Positions 1 through 9,898 of a stretch of 57,778 nt of DNA are shown here, one piece after another. The notes beneath the pieces are model-generated. The model made no database searches and had not been told where the DNA came from. It saw only the letters and a list, made by a program, of their open reading frames with translations. Source of the stretch: Dehalococcoidales bacterium (GTDB taxonomy: Bacteria > Chloroflexota > Dehalococcoidia > Dehalococcoidales > RBG-16-60-22); NCBI GenBank assembly GCA_016930185.1, contig JAFGHK010000013.1:1-57778 (forward strand). Reading direction: 5' to 3'. Position 1 is the stretch's first letter, and each line of letters begins with the position of its first letter. Both the position numbers and the translations under genes were made by a program.

Positions 1-1
1 G

Positions 2-910
2 GCCTTGCTTTACCCTGATAGCGTACATCTGGTAAACGTGACGGCAGTTTTCAGGTTGGTGCGGTATTTCTATCCCCAATATGCCCGATAACTTTTGGGA
101 CATTTTAGCGGCGTTTTTCTGGCGTATTTCAATGATTTTATCTATCTTATTAAGCTGGGCGATGCCCAGAGCGGCGGTAATATCTGACATACGGAAATTA
201 TAACCCAGGGTAACATATTCCATATGCTCTGTCGACGAAAAATAGTTGGCTGTTTCGGCTCTGCCGTGAGACCTTATCAGCTTGAGCTTATCACATATAT
301 CTGCGGAGTTGGTGACGACGGCTCCTCCCTCGCCGGTAGTAATCACTTTGTTAGCACAGAAACTCAAGATGCCGCAATCGCTGTAACCTCCTGCCTTCTT
401 GCCGTCGATAGCGGCGCCTAGGGATTCCGCAGCATCTTCAATAAGGAGCAGATTGTGCCTTTCGGCAACCTGCTTTAACTCATTAATTAAACAGGGACAG
501 CCGCCGTAGTGGATGGGTAGAATGGCTTTTGTCTTGGGCGTAATTTTATTCACCACGTCTTCGGGGTCCAGGCCGAAAGTTTGCTCTTCAATGTCGGCGA
601 ATACCGGTCTGGCCCCGACGAACAAAGAGGCATTAGCTGTGGAAATAAAAGTAAACGACGGCACGATTACTTCGTCGCCTTTCCCTATGCCGTAAGCCAG
701 CAGGGCGGCATGGAGGGCGGAAGTTCCCGAATTAAAAGTGACCGCGTATTTCGTGCCGATGTAATCGGCGAGCCTAGCCTCAAGCCTTTCCACATTCGGG
801 CCGCTCGCCCAGAACATCCCCCGCCGGATGGCATCGGTCACCATCCTTATATCTTCTTCATCCCAATATATCTTGAAAAGAGGGATTTTCCAGTCCGTTT
901 TTCTAGCCAT
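2..910 (-). CDS. DegT/DnrJ/EryC1/StrS family PLP sugar aminotransferase (LegC-like), 3' end outside the window
   Basis: Not in the ORF track. Manual translation from ATG at 910 gives MARKTDWKIPLFKIYW...NSGTSALHAAL...GDEVIVPSFTFISTAN...IEDAAESLG...SFCANKVITTGEGG...GYNFRMSD, all DegT family motifs. Overlaps the upstream gene by 8 bp. Confidence 0.93.
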   Translation of the reverse strand, partial: MARKTDWKIPLFKIYWDEEDIRMVTDAIRRGMFWASGPNVERLEARLADYIGTKYAVTFNSGTSALHAALLAYGIGKGDEVIVPSFTFISTANASLFVGARPVFADIEEQTFGLDPEDVVNKITPKTKAILPIHYGGCPCLINELKQVAERHNLLLIEDAAESLGAAIDGKKAGGYSDCGILSFCANKVITTGEGGAVVTNSADICDKLKLIRSHGRAETANYFSSTEHMEYVTLGYNFRMSDITAALGIAQLNKIDKIIEIRQKNAAKMSQKLSGILGIEIPHQPENCRHVYQMYAIRVKQG

Positions 911-1310
911 TCCGGTTCTCCTGGTTGATAATCCTGGCTGGAACACCAGCGACAACGGTGTTATCGGCAACGTCCTCATTGACAAAACTGCAGGCTCCAA
1001 CGACAGCACTCTCGCCAATGGTAACACCGGGCATAATAACGGTATGAGTACCCACTCTGGCATTTTTCTTTATCGTTACTTTGCCCTTTTTGCCATCAAT
1101 GGTCGACCAGGAATATATTGAGCAATGGGAGCCAATCTGGACATTCTCCCCAATCTCAACACCGTATCTGGCATTAATATAGGTGAACGCTCCTATGTCT
1201 GTTTCCTTTCCCAGCTTCAGATTATCGTGGTACTGGCATACCCAGTGCCACTTTGTCATGCCTCTTTCGTCAAATTCGGGATACTTCCAGTCTACGAATC
1301 GTTTTTCCAT
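903..1310 (-). CDS. Hexapeptide-repeat (left-handed beta-helix) sugar acyltransferase
   Basis: IGENVQIGSHC, VIMPGVTIGESAVVGACSFV, VVAGVPARII motifs. Confidence 0.88.
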   Translation of the reverse strand: MEKRFVDWKYPEFDERGMTKWHWVCQYHDNLKLGKETDIGAFTYINARYGVEIGENVQIGSHCSIYSWSTIDGKKGKVTIKKNARVGTHTVIMPGVTIGESAVVGACSFVNEDVADNTVVAGVPARIINQENRNG

Positions 1311-1313
1311 AGT

Positions 1314-2465
1314 TCAATAAGTAATCTTCTTCTGGAGTAACTCAGGCTTAATCTCTACCTTGTTTAAGATTTCAGCGATTCTCCGGCTGGCCTTGCCGTC
1401 CCCATAGGGGCTTTGGCGCTTTTTGACCTCTGCCAGGAATTCCCTGTCTGTCAGGGCTTTTTTTATTGCTTTTATTATTTCCTGCTTATTATGCCCGACA
1501 TCAATGACATTCTTGCCTCGCTCCCTCCCCTCCTGCCGGATGCCGATATTCACTACCGGAAGACCAAGCGAAGGTGCTTCTATTATGCCACTGCTGGAGT
1601 TTCCCACCATGACGCCGGCTACTTTCATCAGGCTGAGGTATTCTTGACGGGGCAGACTTGGAAAGGTCTTAATAGAAGCCAAATTTTCAAATTCCTTGAT
1701 TACCTCTATCATCCTGCGCCCGCCGGCATCCGAGTTGGGATATATCAGGACGGTGGGGCTGGCTATCTCCACAATTGCTTCCAGGGTTTCTCTCATCTGG
1801 TTTGCGGCTACATCTACCTGGGTTGTTACAGGGTGCTGGATGAGCAGAATCAAGGGCCGGGACAGGTCTATCTTAAGCCTTTCCGTTAATGCCCCAGGGG
1901 GGAGGGTAGGCTCATTCAGAATATTATCCAGTGCCGGGGAGCCTGCCATATACACCCGCCACTCATCCTCACCCATTTTAATAACTCTCTCGGCGCTTTT
2001 CAAGGTAGCCGGGAAATGAATATGAGCGAATTTAGTAATGGCATATCTATTTGCGTCATCGATATTGCTGCCGATACAGGCTTCTCCACTGTGAATATGT
2101 GCCACAGGTATATTCAGATATGCTCCAGCAATAGCTGCGGCCAGCGCCTCCGTTCTATCTCCCAGGACCAAGACTATATCCGGCTTCAGTTGCTCCCAGG
2201 TCTGTGCCATTCCGATAATGCCCTTGCCCACCGATTCGGCCATAGCTTCCAGAGTGTCATTACTCGGTAGCATATCAACCCTGGCGTCTATCTTGAAACC
2301 GTCCTTCTCTATATCCCGGACGGTATAGCCAAATTCGTGCGAAAGGTGCATCCCGGTTACTACCAGAGACAGCACCAAATCCCGGCGGGCCTGTATGGCT
2401 TTGAGTACGGGGTAAAGGATGCCGTATTCGGCTCGGCTTCCGGTAACCACAGCGATTTTTTTCAC
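1314..2465 (-). CDS. neuC: UDP-N-acetylglucosamine 2-epimerase (hydrolysing), NeuC/LegG family
   Basis: VVTGSRAEYG, TGMHLS, LGDRTE, YPNSDAG, GNSSSGIIEAP, NIGIRQEGRE, PYGDG. Confidence 0.95.
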   Translation of the reverse strand: MKKIAVVTGSRAEYGILYPVLKAIQARRDLVLSLVVTGMHLSHEFGYTVRDIEKDGFKIDARVDMLPSNDTLEAMAESVGKGIIGMAQTWEQLKPDIVLVLGDRTEALAAAIAGAYLNIPVAHIHSGEACIGSNIDDANRYAITKFAHIHFPATLKSAERVIKMGEDEWRVYMAGSPALDNILNEPTLPPGALTERLKIDLSRPLILLIQHPVTTQVDVAANQMRETLEAIVEIASPTVLIYPNSDAGGRRMIEVIKEFENLASIKTFPSLPRQEYLSLMKVAGVMVGNSSSGIIEAPSLGLPVVNIGIRQEGRERGKNVIDVGHNKQEIIKAIKKALTDREFLAEVKKRQSPYGDGKASRRIAEILNKVEIKPELLQKKITY

Positions 2466-3131
2466 CTATACCTGTATCTCCCTCATCAGCATAAAGGCTT
2501 CGGCAGCTTCAACGCCTGTGGTGGCGCCTCTTACTTTAGCCAGTGCCGATATTGCTTCCAGAGAACGCGGGTGGGGAAACTCTTTCAGCTCCGATTTATA
2601 TTCAGACATAGCTTTTAATTTGGTTGCCAGCACACCCGAAATATCCACATACACATTCGGCATAAAGGCGTTCTCTGCGAGAGGCGCCGCCCATTCTGTT
2701 TCAGAAAGAGTTTCGTAGCAGAGGACTTTTTTGATTGCTAGAGCCGGTTTGGGTCTTATCGCCACCATCGCCGCCTCAAAGACCAATCTGTGGTCGTTAT
2801 TAACGTCGCCGCCGTGCGGAATATACACTATCTCCGGCCGCAGCTTATTGACGACCTTGGCAATCGTCTCATTCAACTCTTTCTGTGGTATGGTATCCAG
2901 CTTCACCGTGGGTAAATCCAGGAAGTAGGTCTTTTTAATGCCGAGTATCTTATTCGCCCTCACCACTTCGTCCCTTCTCTCCTTTATCTCATCCTCGGGC
3001 CAGTCCGGGGGGTAGGCTTTGGTAACAACGCAGAGATAGACCTCGTCTCCTTCTAAAATATGCTTTGCAATCGTCCCACCACAGCCTATTACCTCGTCAT
3101 CGGGATGAGGAGCAATCACTAGGACTTTCAT
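2466..3131 (-). CDS. PIG-L/LmbE family N-deacetylase
   Basis: APHPDDE metal motif, DH motif (NNDH), YETLSETEW, FPHPRS, AEAF. Confidence 0.92.
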   Translation of the reverse strand: MKVLVIAPHPDDEVIGCGGTIAKHILEGDEVYLCVVTKAYPPDWPEDEIKERRDEVVRANKILGIKKTYFLDLPTVKLDTIPQKELNETIAKVVNKLRPEIVYIPHGGDVNNDHRLVFEAAMVAIRPKPALAIKKVLCYETLSETEWAAPLAENAFMPNVYVDISGVLATKLKAMSEYKSELKEFPHPRSLEAISALAKVRGATTGVEAAEAFMLMREIQV

Positions 3132-3134
3132 AGT

Positions 3135-3887
3135 TCACCTTTTTTCCGCAGCAATATGCCACCTTGCGTATTTCAAGCCGAGATTTACAGGATTGGAAAG
3201 GTCAAGATGTCTTTTGACCCCTTTAGAACTCTGTGTAAATGCTTTATCTACTGTAAAAATATCCGGGAAACTCTCCTCATGAAGTTCTATATCGAAGACG
3301 TTAAAATCCTTGAGCAGCCCTTTTATTTCTGCCAGATCGAAGAAGTGCTGGATTATCCCCTTTTCATAGCCTTCCTGTAAGACATAAGTATTATTTGCTA
3401 CTTCTTCACCTCGACCGCATTCCGCGTCTTCCGTTGACCTTAATGTTATATATATATATCCGCCGTTATCCATGACTCTCCAAATTTCACTCATTATCTC
3501 TTTAGCTTCAGTAAATAATACATGGTCAAGGACCCCGTAGGAAACAGCCACGTCGAAGTACCTGCTTTCAAAAGGCAACTTCTTTAAATCTCCAACCCCC
3601 AGGTGGGCTTTCAATCCTTTCCTGGCAATATTCTCTGTGGCTATTTCTATGGCTTCCTCGGATATATCGATGCCGTAAGTATCAAAACCCTGTTCAGCAA
3701 AAAATACCACGTACACGCCATTTCCACAGCCGGCATCCAGAATTCTCTTAACCTTTCTTTTCTTATCGTATGTATCGATTCCTACCCTTTGTTGCAGGTA
3801 CCTGGCTGTAAATTTCACAATACCTTCGTCAGGGTACCATCGCCACCCCACCCCTTCGGAATAGAATTTATTCCACTTTTCTTCCAT
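3135..3887 (-). CDS. Class I SAM-dependent methyltransferase
   Basis: ILDAGCGNG motif I, GIDISE, LPFESRYFD. Confidence 0.9.
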   Translation of the reverse strand: MEEKWNKFYSEGVGWRWYPDEGIVKFTARYLQQRVGIDTYDKKRKVKRILDAGCGNGVYVVFFAEQGFDTYGIDISEEAIEIATENIARKGLKAHLGVGDLKKLPFESRYFDVAVSYGVLDHVLFTEAKEIMSEIWRVMDNGGYIYITLRSTEDAECGRGEEVANNTYVLQEGYEKGIIQHFFDLAEIKGLLKDFNVFDIELHEESFPDIFTVDKAFTQSSKGVKRHLDLSNPVNLGLKYARWHIAAEKR

Positions 3888-3918
3888 GCTCTTGCTCCCG
3901 CTAATTAGTTATACGTCT

Positions 3919-4887
3919 TCAAAACACATCTGAATCTCCCATGCTTAAAAACCAGTTGGGAAAGCTCTCAACAGATTTTAGCAAATCACTCCGCCCGTCC
4001 AAAATTTTGATTCCAAAGTAGGTCCCTTCCATTTCCTTTCTGGAGAACCCTTCAGCTTCCAGTATATGAGCGTAAAAAGAATTGTCCTGGCACCAGCACG
4101 AGATATTGTTTATCCCCTGTGCCGTGAAATAGCTATAAGTGCGCCTTAATAATTTACGGACGACCGCTTCATCTTCTACCGTTAGCATGTCCACGATGTG
4201 CCCTTTCCCTCCGGTTGGTGCTACATATACCTTCAATACTACATAACCCAACAATTCCTCATTATTTCCGACTACAAACTTAGTATAGGTTTCATCAGGA
4301 CTCTGAACGAACCTCCAGTTCAGGAATTGCCTGGTTCGGGGGACGATGACAGGATATCTCTGCTTCACTTTATCCCACAATAAATCAGTGCGACTATCGA
4401 ACCTCTCTATCTGATGAACATCAATCTCTGAAGCATTCTCTGTATAATTGGTTTCGACATCTTTTTCCAGGATGCTCATTTTCCCGAAACCTTTCCAGCC
4501 CAGCATCTTGATGAATGGATAATAACTGTTTTCATTCGGGAATGCAAAAACAAATTCAGTCCCTCTTTCGGCTGCTGCCTTATATGATTCCTGGGCCAGA
4601 TTGGTAAATATCCCCGAACCCCTGTAATCCTGATGGACCATTGTAGTCATTGAGAGCGCTGCTTTAGTCGATTTGCCTTGAACCTGGACATTCATCGGAA
4701 TCACTGCATAGTGCCCGACCAGCTTGCTAGCGTCAAACGAAAGCCTGATTACAGCTTTCCCGAAGGGATTATTGACAAACCTCCACCTCCAGAATTCTAA
4801 GCTCATCTCTCTCTTGAAGACTTGCTTAAACAAATCTAATATCGGGTATTCATCCCCACTCTCGTAACTACGGGAACTAATCTTCAT
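3919..4887 (-). CDS. Tandem GNAT-family N-acyltransferase
   Basis: TMVHQDYRGSGIF (Q/RxxGxG-type motif), FAFPNENS, second GNAT-like half ending GDSDVF. Confidence 0.85.
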   Translation of the reverse strand: MKISSRSYESGDEYPILDLFKQVFKREMSLEFWRWRFVNNPFGKAVIRLSFDASKLVGHYAVIPMNVQVQGKSTKAALSMTTMVHQDYRGSGIFTNLAQESYKAAAERGTEFVFAFPNENSYYPFIKMLGWKGFGKMSILEKDVETNYTENASEIDVHQIERFDSRTDLLWDKVKQRYPVIVPRTRQFLNWRFVQSPDETYTKFVVGNNEELLGYVVLKVYVAPTGGKGHIVDMLTVEDEAVVRKLLRRTYSYFTAQGINNISCWCQDNSFYAHILEAEGFSRKEMEGTYFGIKILDGRSDLLKSVESFPNWFLSMGDSDVF

Positions 4888-4956
4888 CGCTTATCTTTGT
4901 CCCAAAATGTCATACTCCGCACCGTTTAGTTACCAAAGATGGGTTAATTTAGAACA

Positions 4957-6300
4957 TCAGCGCCTCATCCTTTTAAAGCGAGCAGTATATTGGTTATCAT
5001 GAGCGATTTCAATCTTCTGGGGTATCTTGTACGGGTTCAGCCTGCTTTTACAGAAATCCCTGATTCTCTTTTTGAGGTCGGTTAGCTTTTCCTCTTTCGC
5101 AAGGTTAACTCTGGCTACTACTATCTGGCCAAGAATGGGGTTAGACTCCCCGGTAACCGTGACATCGGTAATGCCTTCTAACTCGAGCAAAACGCTTTCA
5201 ACTTCCGCCGGGTACACTTTCTGGCCGCCCACATTTATGATGTCTGTTTTTCTGCCCAATATCCTGAAGTATTCTCCATCCACCTCAACCCGGTCCTCTG
5301 TGTTGAACCATCCTTCTTCATCAAATGGTGAGGGGGCGTTTAAGTAACCCAGCATCGCCATATCTGTCTTGATGTGCAGGATATCGTCAACAACCCTGGT
5401 CTGGTAATCCTCACCTCCGATCTTGACCCATAAGGAGTCCGAACTCCTGGATTTCGACCTTAAGATACCAAGTTCGGATAAGCCGTAAGTTTGAAGCAAC
5501 CTGATGTCCGGCAGAATCTCATGGACCCTTTTCAGGGTGCTTTCAGGCATCGGTTCAGTGCCGTAGCTTATTATTTTCAGTGAGGATAAGTCGAAGTATT
5601 TATACTGCTCCGACATCAGTAACAGGTTAAGGAATGTCGGCGACGTAGGAAGAAGTTCAACCTGATAATCCTGTATTGCTTTACAAACAGCCTCCGGGTC
5701 TCTTTCGCTAATCAGGATAAGGCACCCTCCGTTCGAAAGTGAATGGAAGAGCGTGTTTATACCGCCTATGTGGTCGAATAGTAGAAAAATCAACGTCCTG
5801 TATGCCGGCCTGGTGGTCTTGTATTTATTTAAAAGTTTGGTGAAGTTGTGCAAGGCTGCCTTGTTTTTGCCCGTAGAGCCGGAAGAAAACAGTATTAGCC
5901 CGGGCTCGTTTATTGATTGGAGATTGCGGATTAACGGATTGGTCGTCTTCGTTTTCAGGGCTTCGAATTTGAAGTTATCAGTCGAATCGATGCTGTATTT
6001 TACCTGGGTTTCGGCTACTGATATGAATTCGCTCTTTTGCTTCGCGGGAAGTGTCGAGGATAAAGGCACGATGATATTCCCGTTATCAACTAAAGACATT
6101 AGTAACGCACACGCATTTGGTGAGAAGTCTCCCTCTATGGCGACCACCTGGCCGCCGGATACCCCGTTATCTCTCAACGTTGTTTTCCAGTAGTCTACCC
6201 TGTCCAGCAGTTGCTTATACGTATATCGGTTTGTTTTCCATATAATCGCCTCTTTGTCGCTGAACGACTTCATTTTATCTAGTAGCCACTGGATGGACAT
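4957..6300 (-). CDS. Adenylate-forming acyl-CoA/acyl-ACP ligase (ANL family)
   Basis: FSSGSTGKNK P-loop, TYGLSE, GRKTDIINVGGQKVYPAEVE; C-terminal RFK. Confidence 0.92.
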   Translation of the reverse strand: MSIQWLLDKMKSFSDKEAIIWKTNRYTYKQLLDRVDYWKTTLRDNGVSGGQVVAIEGDFSPNACALLMSLVDNGNIIVPLSSTLPAKQKSEFISVAETQVKYSIDSTDNFKFEALKTKTTNPLIRNLQSINEPGLILFSSGSTGKNKAALHNFTKLLNKYKTTRPAYRTLIFLLFDHIGGINTLFHSLSNGGCLILISERDPEAVCKAIQDYQVELLPTSPTFLNLLLMSEQYKYFDLSSLKIISYGTEPMPESTLKRVHEILPDIRLLQTYGLSELGILRSKSRSSDSLWVKIGGEDYQTRVVDDILHIKTDMAMLGYLNAPSPFDEEGWFNTEDRVEVDGEYFRILGRKTDIINVGGQKVYPAEVESVLLELEGITDVTVTGESNPILGQIVVARVNLAKEEKLTDLKKRIRDFCKSRLNPYKIPQKIEIAHDNQYTARFKRMRR

Positions 6301-6305
6301 GTCGC

Positions 6306-7010
6306 TTAGCCTCCCCCCAGGTAAATGGTCTGCCCCGTAATATAAGCGCTTGATTTGGCTATGAAAAAGTCGATGACATTTGATATATCTTCAAATGTGC
6401 CTAATCTTTTTATCATCAAGCTATCTAAAATCTTCTGGATTTTCTCCTCCGGTACTGACCTGATTAGGTCGGTGCTAACAGGCGTTGGCCCGACACTGTT
6501 GCATGTAATATTAAAGCTTGCCAGTTCCTTCGCCAGCACTTGAGTGAATCTTTCAACGGCGCTTTTAGATGCGACGTACACTGATTCCCCCTCTAATTTG
6601 AGGGGGATAGCGATCGTGACAAGATTCACTATCCTTCCGTGTTTATTATTCGCCATGCATTTGGCGACCTCACGGCTGAACAAAAAGGTGCCATAGACAT
6701 TTGTTCTGAACATAGCCTCTACGGATGATAACGGTGTCAGTAAAACGTGGTTCATGGAGGCAGCGCCGGCGTTATTGATGAGGACATCTATTCTTTTACG
6801 CTTTTTATATATACTGCGGACCATTTTGGCGACTGCCGGTTCATCCGCGACATCCAGGCAAAAATGCTCGTACGCATCCAACTTTATCGTGGGTTCCCCC
6901 CGGCTGCATCCGAAGACCGTGTATCCCTTCGAAATATAGTATTCCGCCAGGTACTTGCCGATGCCTTTTCGGGTGCCGGTAATAATCATTACTTCTTCGC
7001 CAGTTTCCAC
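6306..7010 (-). CDS. SDR oxidoreductase, FabG-like 3-oxoacyl-ACP reductase
   Basis: ITGTRKGIG, INNAG, YVASK catalytic motif, YITGQ. Confidence 0.9.
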   Translation of the reverse strand: METGEEVMIITGTRKGIGKYLAEYYISKGYTVFGCSRGEPTIKLDAYEHFCLDVADEPAVAKMVRSIYKKRKRIDVLINNAGAASMNHVLLTPLSSVEAMFRTNVYGTFLFSREVAKCMANNKHGRIVNLVTIAIPLKLEGESVYVASKSAVERFTQVLAKELASFNITCNSVGPTPVSTDLIRSVPEEKIQKILDSLMIKRLGTFEDISNVIDFFIAKSSAYITGQTIYLGGG

Positions 7011-7013
7011 TTC

Positions 7014-7313
7014 CTACACCTCCAGAGAACATATGTAATCGACCAGCGACTGCACATTCCTGAAAGGGCTTCTCGCCTGCGACATTGCCTTTTCATCGGT
7101 AAGTGAAATCTCTATATCGAGTTCGTCGGCCAGCCTTTGTTCAATATCGATAATAAGTCCCACGAATTTGAGAGAATCCAGTTTTGATTGCCTCCCGACC
7201 AGACGCGTCTCCTCTTTTAACTCTAACCGCGACTCTTTATCCTCTCTGTCCTCGTTTATCATTTCAATCGAGGCATAGACTGTTTCCAGGACTTTTTGTC
7301 TATCTATTGCCAT
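7014..7313 (-). CDS. Acyl carrier protein
   Basis: Small acidic protein with LDSL phosphopantetheine motif and SPFRNVQSLVDY. Start placed at MAIDRQ after a GGAGG RBS. Confidence 0.85.
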   Translation of the reverse strand: MAIDRQKVLETVYASIEMINEDREDKESRLELKEETRLVGRQSKLDSLKFVGLIIDIEQRLADELDIEISLTDEKAMSQARSPFRNVQSLVDYICSLEV

Positions 7314-7341
7314 GATGATACCTCCGACCATCTACCAATAC

Positions 7342-8391
7342 TCACTTCAGCTTACCCATCGTTATGATTTCGTCTTTCTTTATCGAGACCTTTGCCGCTT
7401 TCCCTGTAATTTCTTCCAGGTATTTTGGCGCCAGGCCAGTCCCGGGCCTTTTGATATCCAGCATGTCCTTACTGATAATTGTACCCCGTGGAATATCTAC
7501 CCTGGCGACAATACTCCGCCGTCCTACCTTTTTATTTTCCTCCTCATCCCTTACCGGTTTCTTTATCCCGTTGCCCATCGCCTTTTCCACATGTCTAACC
7601 GCGGTGACCATCTGCTTAAGTTCCTCCGGTTCCAGGGATGCCCGGTGGTCAGGGCCGGGGAGGTCCTTATCCAGAGTGAAGTGTTTTTCAATGACGCAGG
7701 CCCCCAGCGCTGTTGCGGCTACGGATATGGTAGTGCCCGGGGAGTGATCGGACAGGCCTACGGGTAGCTTGAAAGCTCGGCGTAGAGATTCCATTGCTTT
7801 CAGGTTCATGTCCTCTATTTTCGCCGGGTAGCTGGAGACGCAGTGGAGGAGGACGATTTCTTTTTCTCCTTCTTCTTTAATTACATCCAGCGCTTCTTTC
7901 ACTTCTTCCAGGGTGGCCATACCGGTGGAAAGGATAACCGGCTTCATCTTCCTGGCGATATGCTTGAGCAGGGGGAAGTTGGTTATTTCTCCCGAGCCTA
8001 CCTTAAAGGCTGGTACCCGGAGTCCCTCCAGAAAGTCCACACTGTCCCTGTCAAAGGGCGTGGCGAGGAAGATGATGCCCTTCTTTCTGGCATAATCGAA
8101 TAGTTCCCCGAAGTCCCTCTGGCTAAGTTCGCAGCTTTTTAGCATCTTAAATTGAGATTCGTGAGTACCTGTTGTCTCTTTCTGATAAGGGGCCTTTTCC
8201 GCACTCGCGGTAACAAGCCCCTCTGTCTGAAAAATCTGGAACTTCACGGCATCGGCACCGGCTTCCCTGGCCGCATCTATTAGCTTCCTGGCCAGGCTGA
8301 TATCGCCGTTGTGGTTAATGCCGGCTTCGGCAATAATAAAACAGGGTTCTCTTTCACCTATCAGTTTATCTGCTATCTTTATTTTAACCAC
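7342..8391 (-). CDS. neuB: N-acetylneuraminate/legionaminate synthase with C-terminal SAF domain
   Basis: IIAEAGINHNG, ADAVKFQ, LHCVSSYP, GLSDHS, EKHFTLD, GPDH, KRPGTG. Likely GTG start at 8391, overlapping the upstream stop. Confidence 0.96.
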   Translation of the reverse strand: MVKIKIADKLIGEREPCFIIAEAGINHNGDISLARKLIDAAREAGADAVKFQIFQTEGLVTASAEKAPYQKETTGTHESQFKMLKSCELSQRDFGELFDYARKKGIIFLATPFDRDSVDFLEGLRVPAFKVGSGEITNFPLLKHIARKMKPVILSTGMATLEEVKEALDVIKEEGEKEIVLLHCVSSYPAKIEDMNLKAMESLRRAFKLPVGLSDHSPGTTISVAATALGACVIEKHFTLDKDLPGPDHRASLEPEELKQMVTAVRHVEKAMGNGIKKPVRDEEENKKVGRRSIVARVDIPRGTIISKDMLDIKRPGTGLAPKYLEEITGKAAKVSIKKDEIITMGKLK

Positions 8392-9886
8392 TCTTAAACC
8401 CTCGAGACTTTTGCCATATCTGTTCGTATTCATTGATACGTTTCAGGTCCCGGTTTACCATCAGTTCTCTCAACCCCAGTAGCTCAACGGCGTTGAAATT
8501 CTTTGATATTACCGCCGTCATTTTGGTGGCGTCGCCGAGGTCCAGAATAAAGGCTTCAAGGTTTCCGTCATATTGCGCCAGGATTTTGTCTTTGTATTTA
8601 TAATACCACTCCGAGCCGGGGTAGGGGGTAGCGAAAAAGGGGTAAGACTGAATACCGAGCCGCTCCCAGGCCATGACATCTTTTCTGATGCTGTCAAAGG
8701 ACTCGTCAGGGAAGCCGACAATCTGATTGGGTATAGGTCTGATACCCGCCTCCATCGTGAGCTTGATGGCTCTCTCATTCTGCTCGCTGGTGGCGCCTTT
8801 AGCTATTGATTTCAAAATTTCGTTGGAGAAAGACTCTAAACCGTAGTCAAGATAAGAGCAGCCTATCTCCCTCATTCTCTTCAGGAGCTCGGCATCAATC
8901 AAAGCGGCGTGGGCGCTGGTGCCCCAGTGGACACCGTGACAGTATTTGGCGTCGTGTGGCACGCCCTCGCGGGTGCAATCGGGCTGCAGGCCTTCTTTGA
9001 CCCAGAGGTCGCAAAATTCAGGCAGCCACCGGCCGTGAGTATACCGGTTCAGGCCGACGAAGTTCTCATCGAGGAAGGAGATAAAGTCAACCTTGAACCG
9101 TTGGCGGGCATACTTAACCAGGTTGACCACATATTCCGGGCTGTGCCACCGGATTTTACGTTTGCGGGTGAAAATAACCTCCCGACGTGCAGGTGTGTCC
9201 ACCGTTTCAAGTTCACCGCTAAGGCCCAGATGGAAGCAGAAACGGCAACCATAGGGACAGCCATAGCTTGCGGCAATGTCGAGTCGGCGTTTGGCCAGCA
9301 TGGCCTCCTCGCTTAACAGGAGCGAGCTGTTTTTTAAATAGATGTTAAGGGGAAATGCTTCCCAGGCGGGATAGGGCAGGGAGTCCAGGTCTTCCAGCAG
9401 GGGCCTTTCCGGGTTAAGATGGGATTTCCCCTTCTTATCTCTCCAGATGATTCCCAGCACACTGGACCAGTCGCGGTCTCCTTTGTCCACCTTCCCGAGT
9501 ATCTCCGGGAAGGTCACGAAGCCTTCTCCCACCACGCCGATATCAATTTCGGGTAGAAGCTCCATAATGTCGTAGGGGATGGCGGTAAGAAAGCCGCCGC
9601 CACACACGATGACTGATTTCGGCGATATCCGGCGGGCGTACTGTACTATCTTCTTAATGTAGCCGTAGCTGGTAATAAATCCCCCGGTGGCAATTACATC
9701 CCACTCATCAGCGCCCAATACATCGCGGAGTACGTTATCATCAGGGCGCCAGGCGTTAGCATCAAGAACCTGGACCTTATGCCCCTTTTTTTCAGCAATC
9801 GCTACCAGCAATGCCATGCCGTAAGGGACATGCCGTGGTTTGTCGTCTTGGCGAATTATCGGGTTAATAAATAGTACCTTTGCCAT
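8384..9886 (-). CDS. Cobalamin-dependent radical SAM enzyme (B12-binding domain + radical SAM)
   Basis: N-terminal B12-binding domain (PYGMALL, VCGGG, GEGF), GCPYGCRFC CxxxCxxC, FLDENF, YGLES, TPYPGS. Confidence 0.9.
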   Translation of the reverse strand: MAKVLFINPIIRQDDKPRHVPYGMALLVAIAEKKGHKVQVLDANAWRPDDNVLRDVLGADEWDVIATGGFITSYGYIKKIVQYARRISPKSVIVCGGGFLTAIPYDIMELLPEIDIGVVGEGFVTFPEILGKVDKGDRDWSSVLGIIWRDKKGKSHLNPERPLLEDLDSLPYPAWEAFPLNIYLKNSSLLLSEEAMLAKRRLDIAASYGCPYGCRFCFHLGLSGELETVDTPARREVIFTRKRKIRWHSPEYVVNLVKYARQRFKVDFISFLDENFVGLNRYTHGRWLPEFCDLWVKEGLQPDCTREGVPHDAKYCHGVHWGTSAHAALIDAELLKRMREIGCSYLDYGLESFSNEILKSIAKGATSEQNERAIKLTMEAGIRPIPNQIVGFPDESFDSIRKDVMAWERLGIQSYPFFATPYPGSEWYYKYKDKILAQYDGNLEAFILDLGDATKMTAVISKNFNAVELLGLRELMVNRDLKRINEYEQIWQKSRGFKSG

Positions 9887-9898
9887 CGTCGCTCCGCC

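Noticed and set aside
3447-3459. (TA)n microsatellite
   Set aside because: Short, in frame, encodes YIYI in the methyltransferase beta strand
903-3887. Four consecutive genes in the same frame joined by TGA-ACT-ATG, TAG-GTG and TGA-ACT-ATG (possible readthrough, Sec or Pyl polyprotein)
   Set aside because: Each ORF is a complete stand-alone family member with its own start codon; same-frame runs arise by chance about 1 in 27; no SECIS-like hairpin noticed
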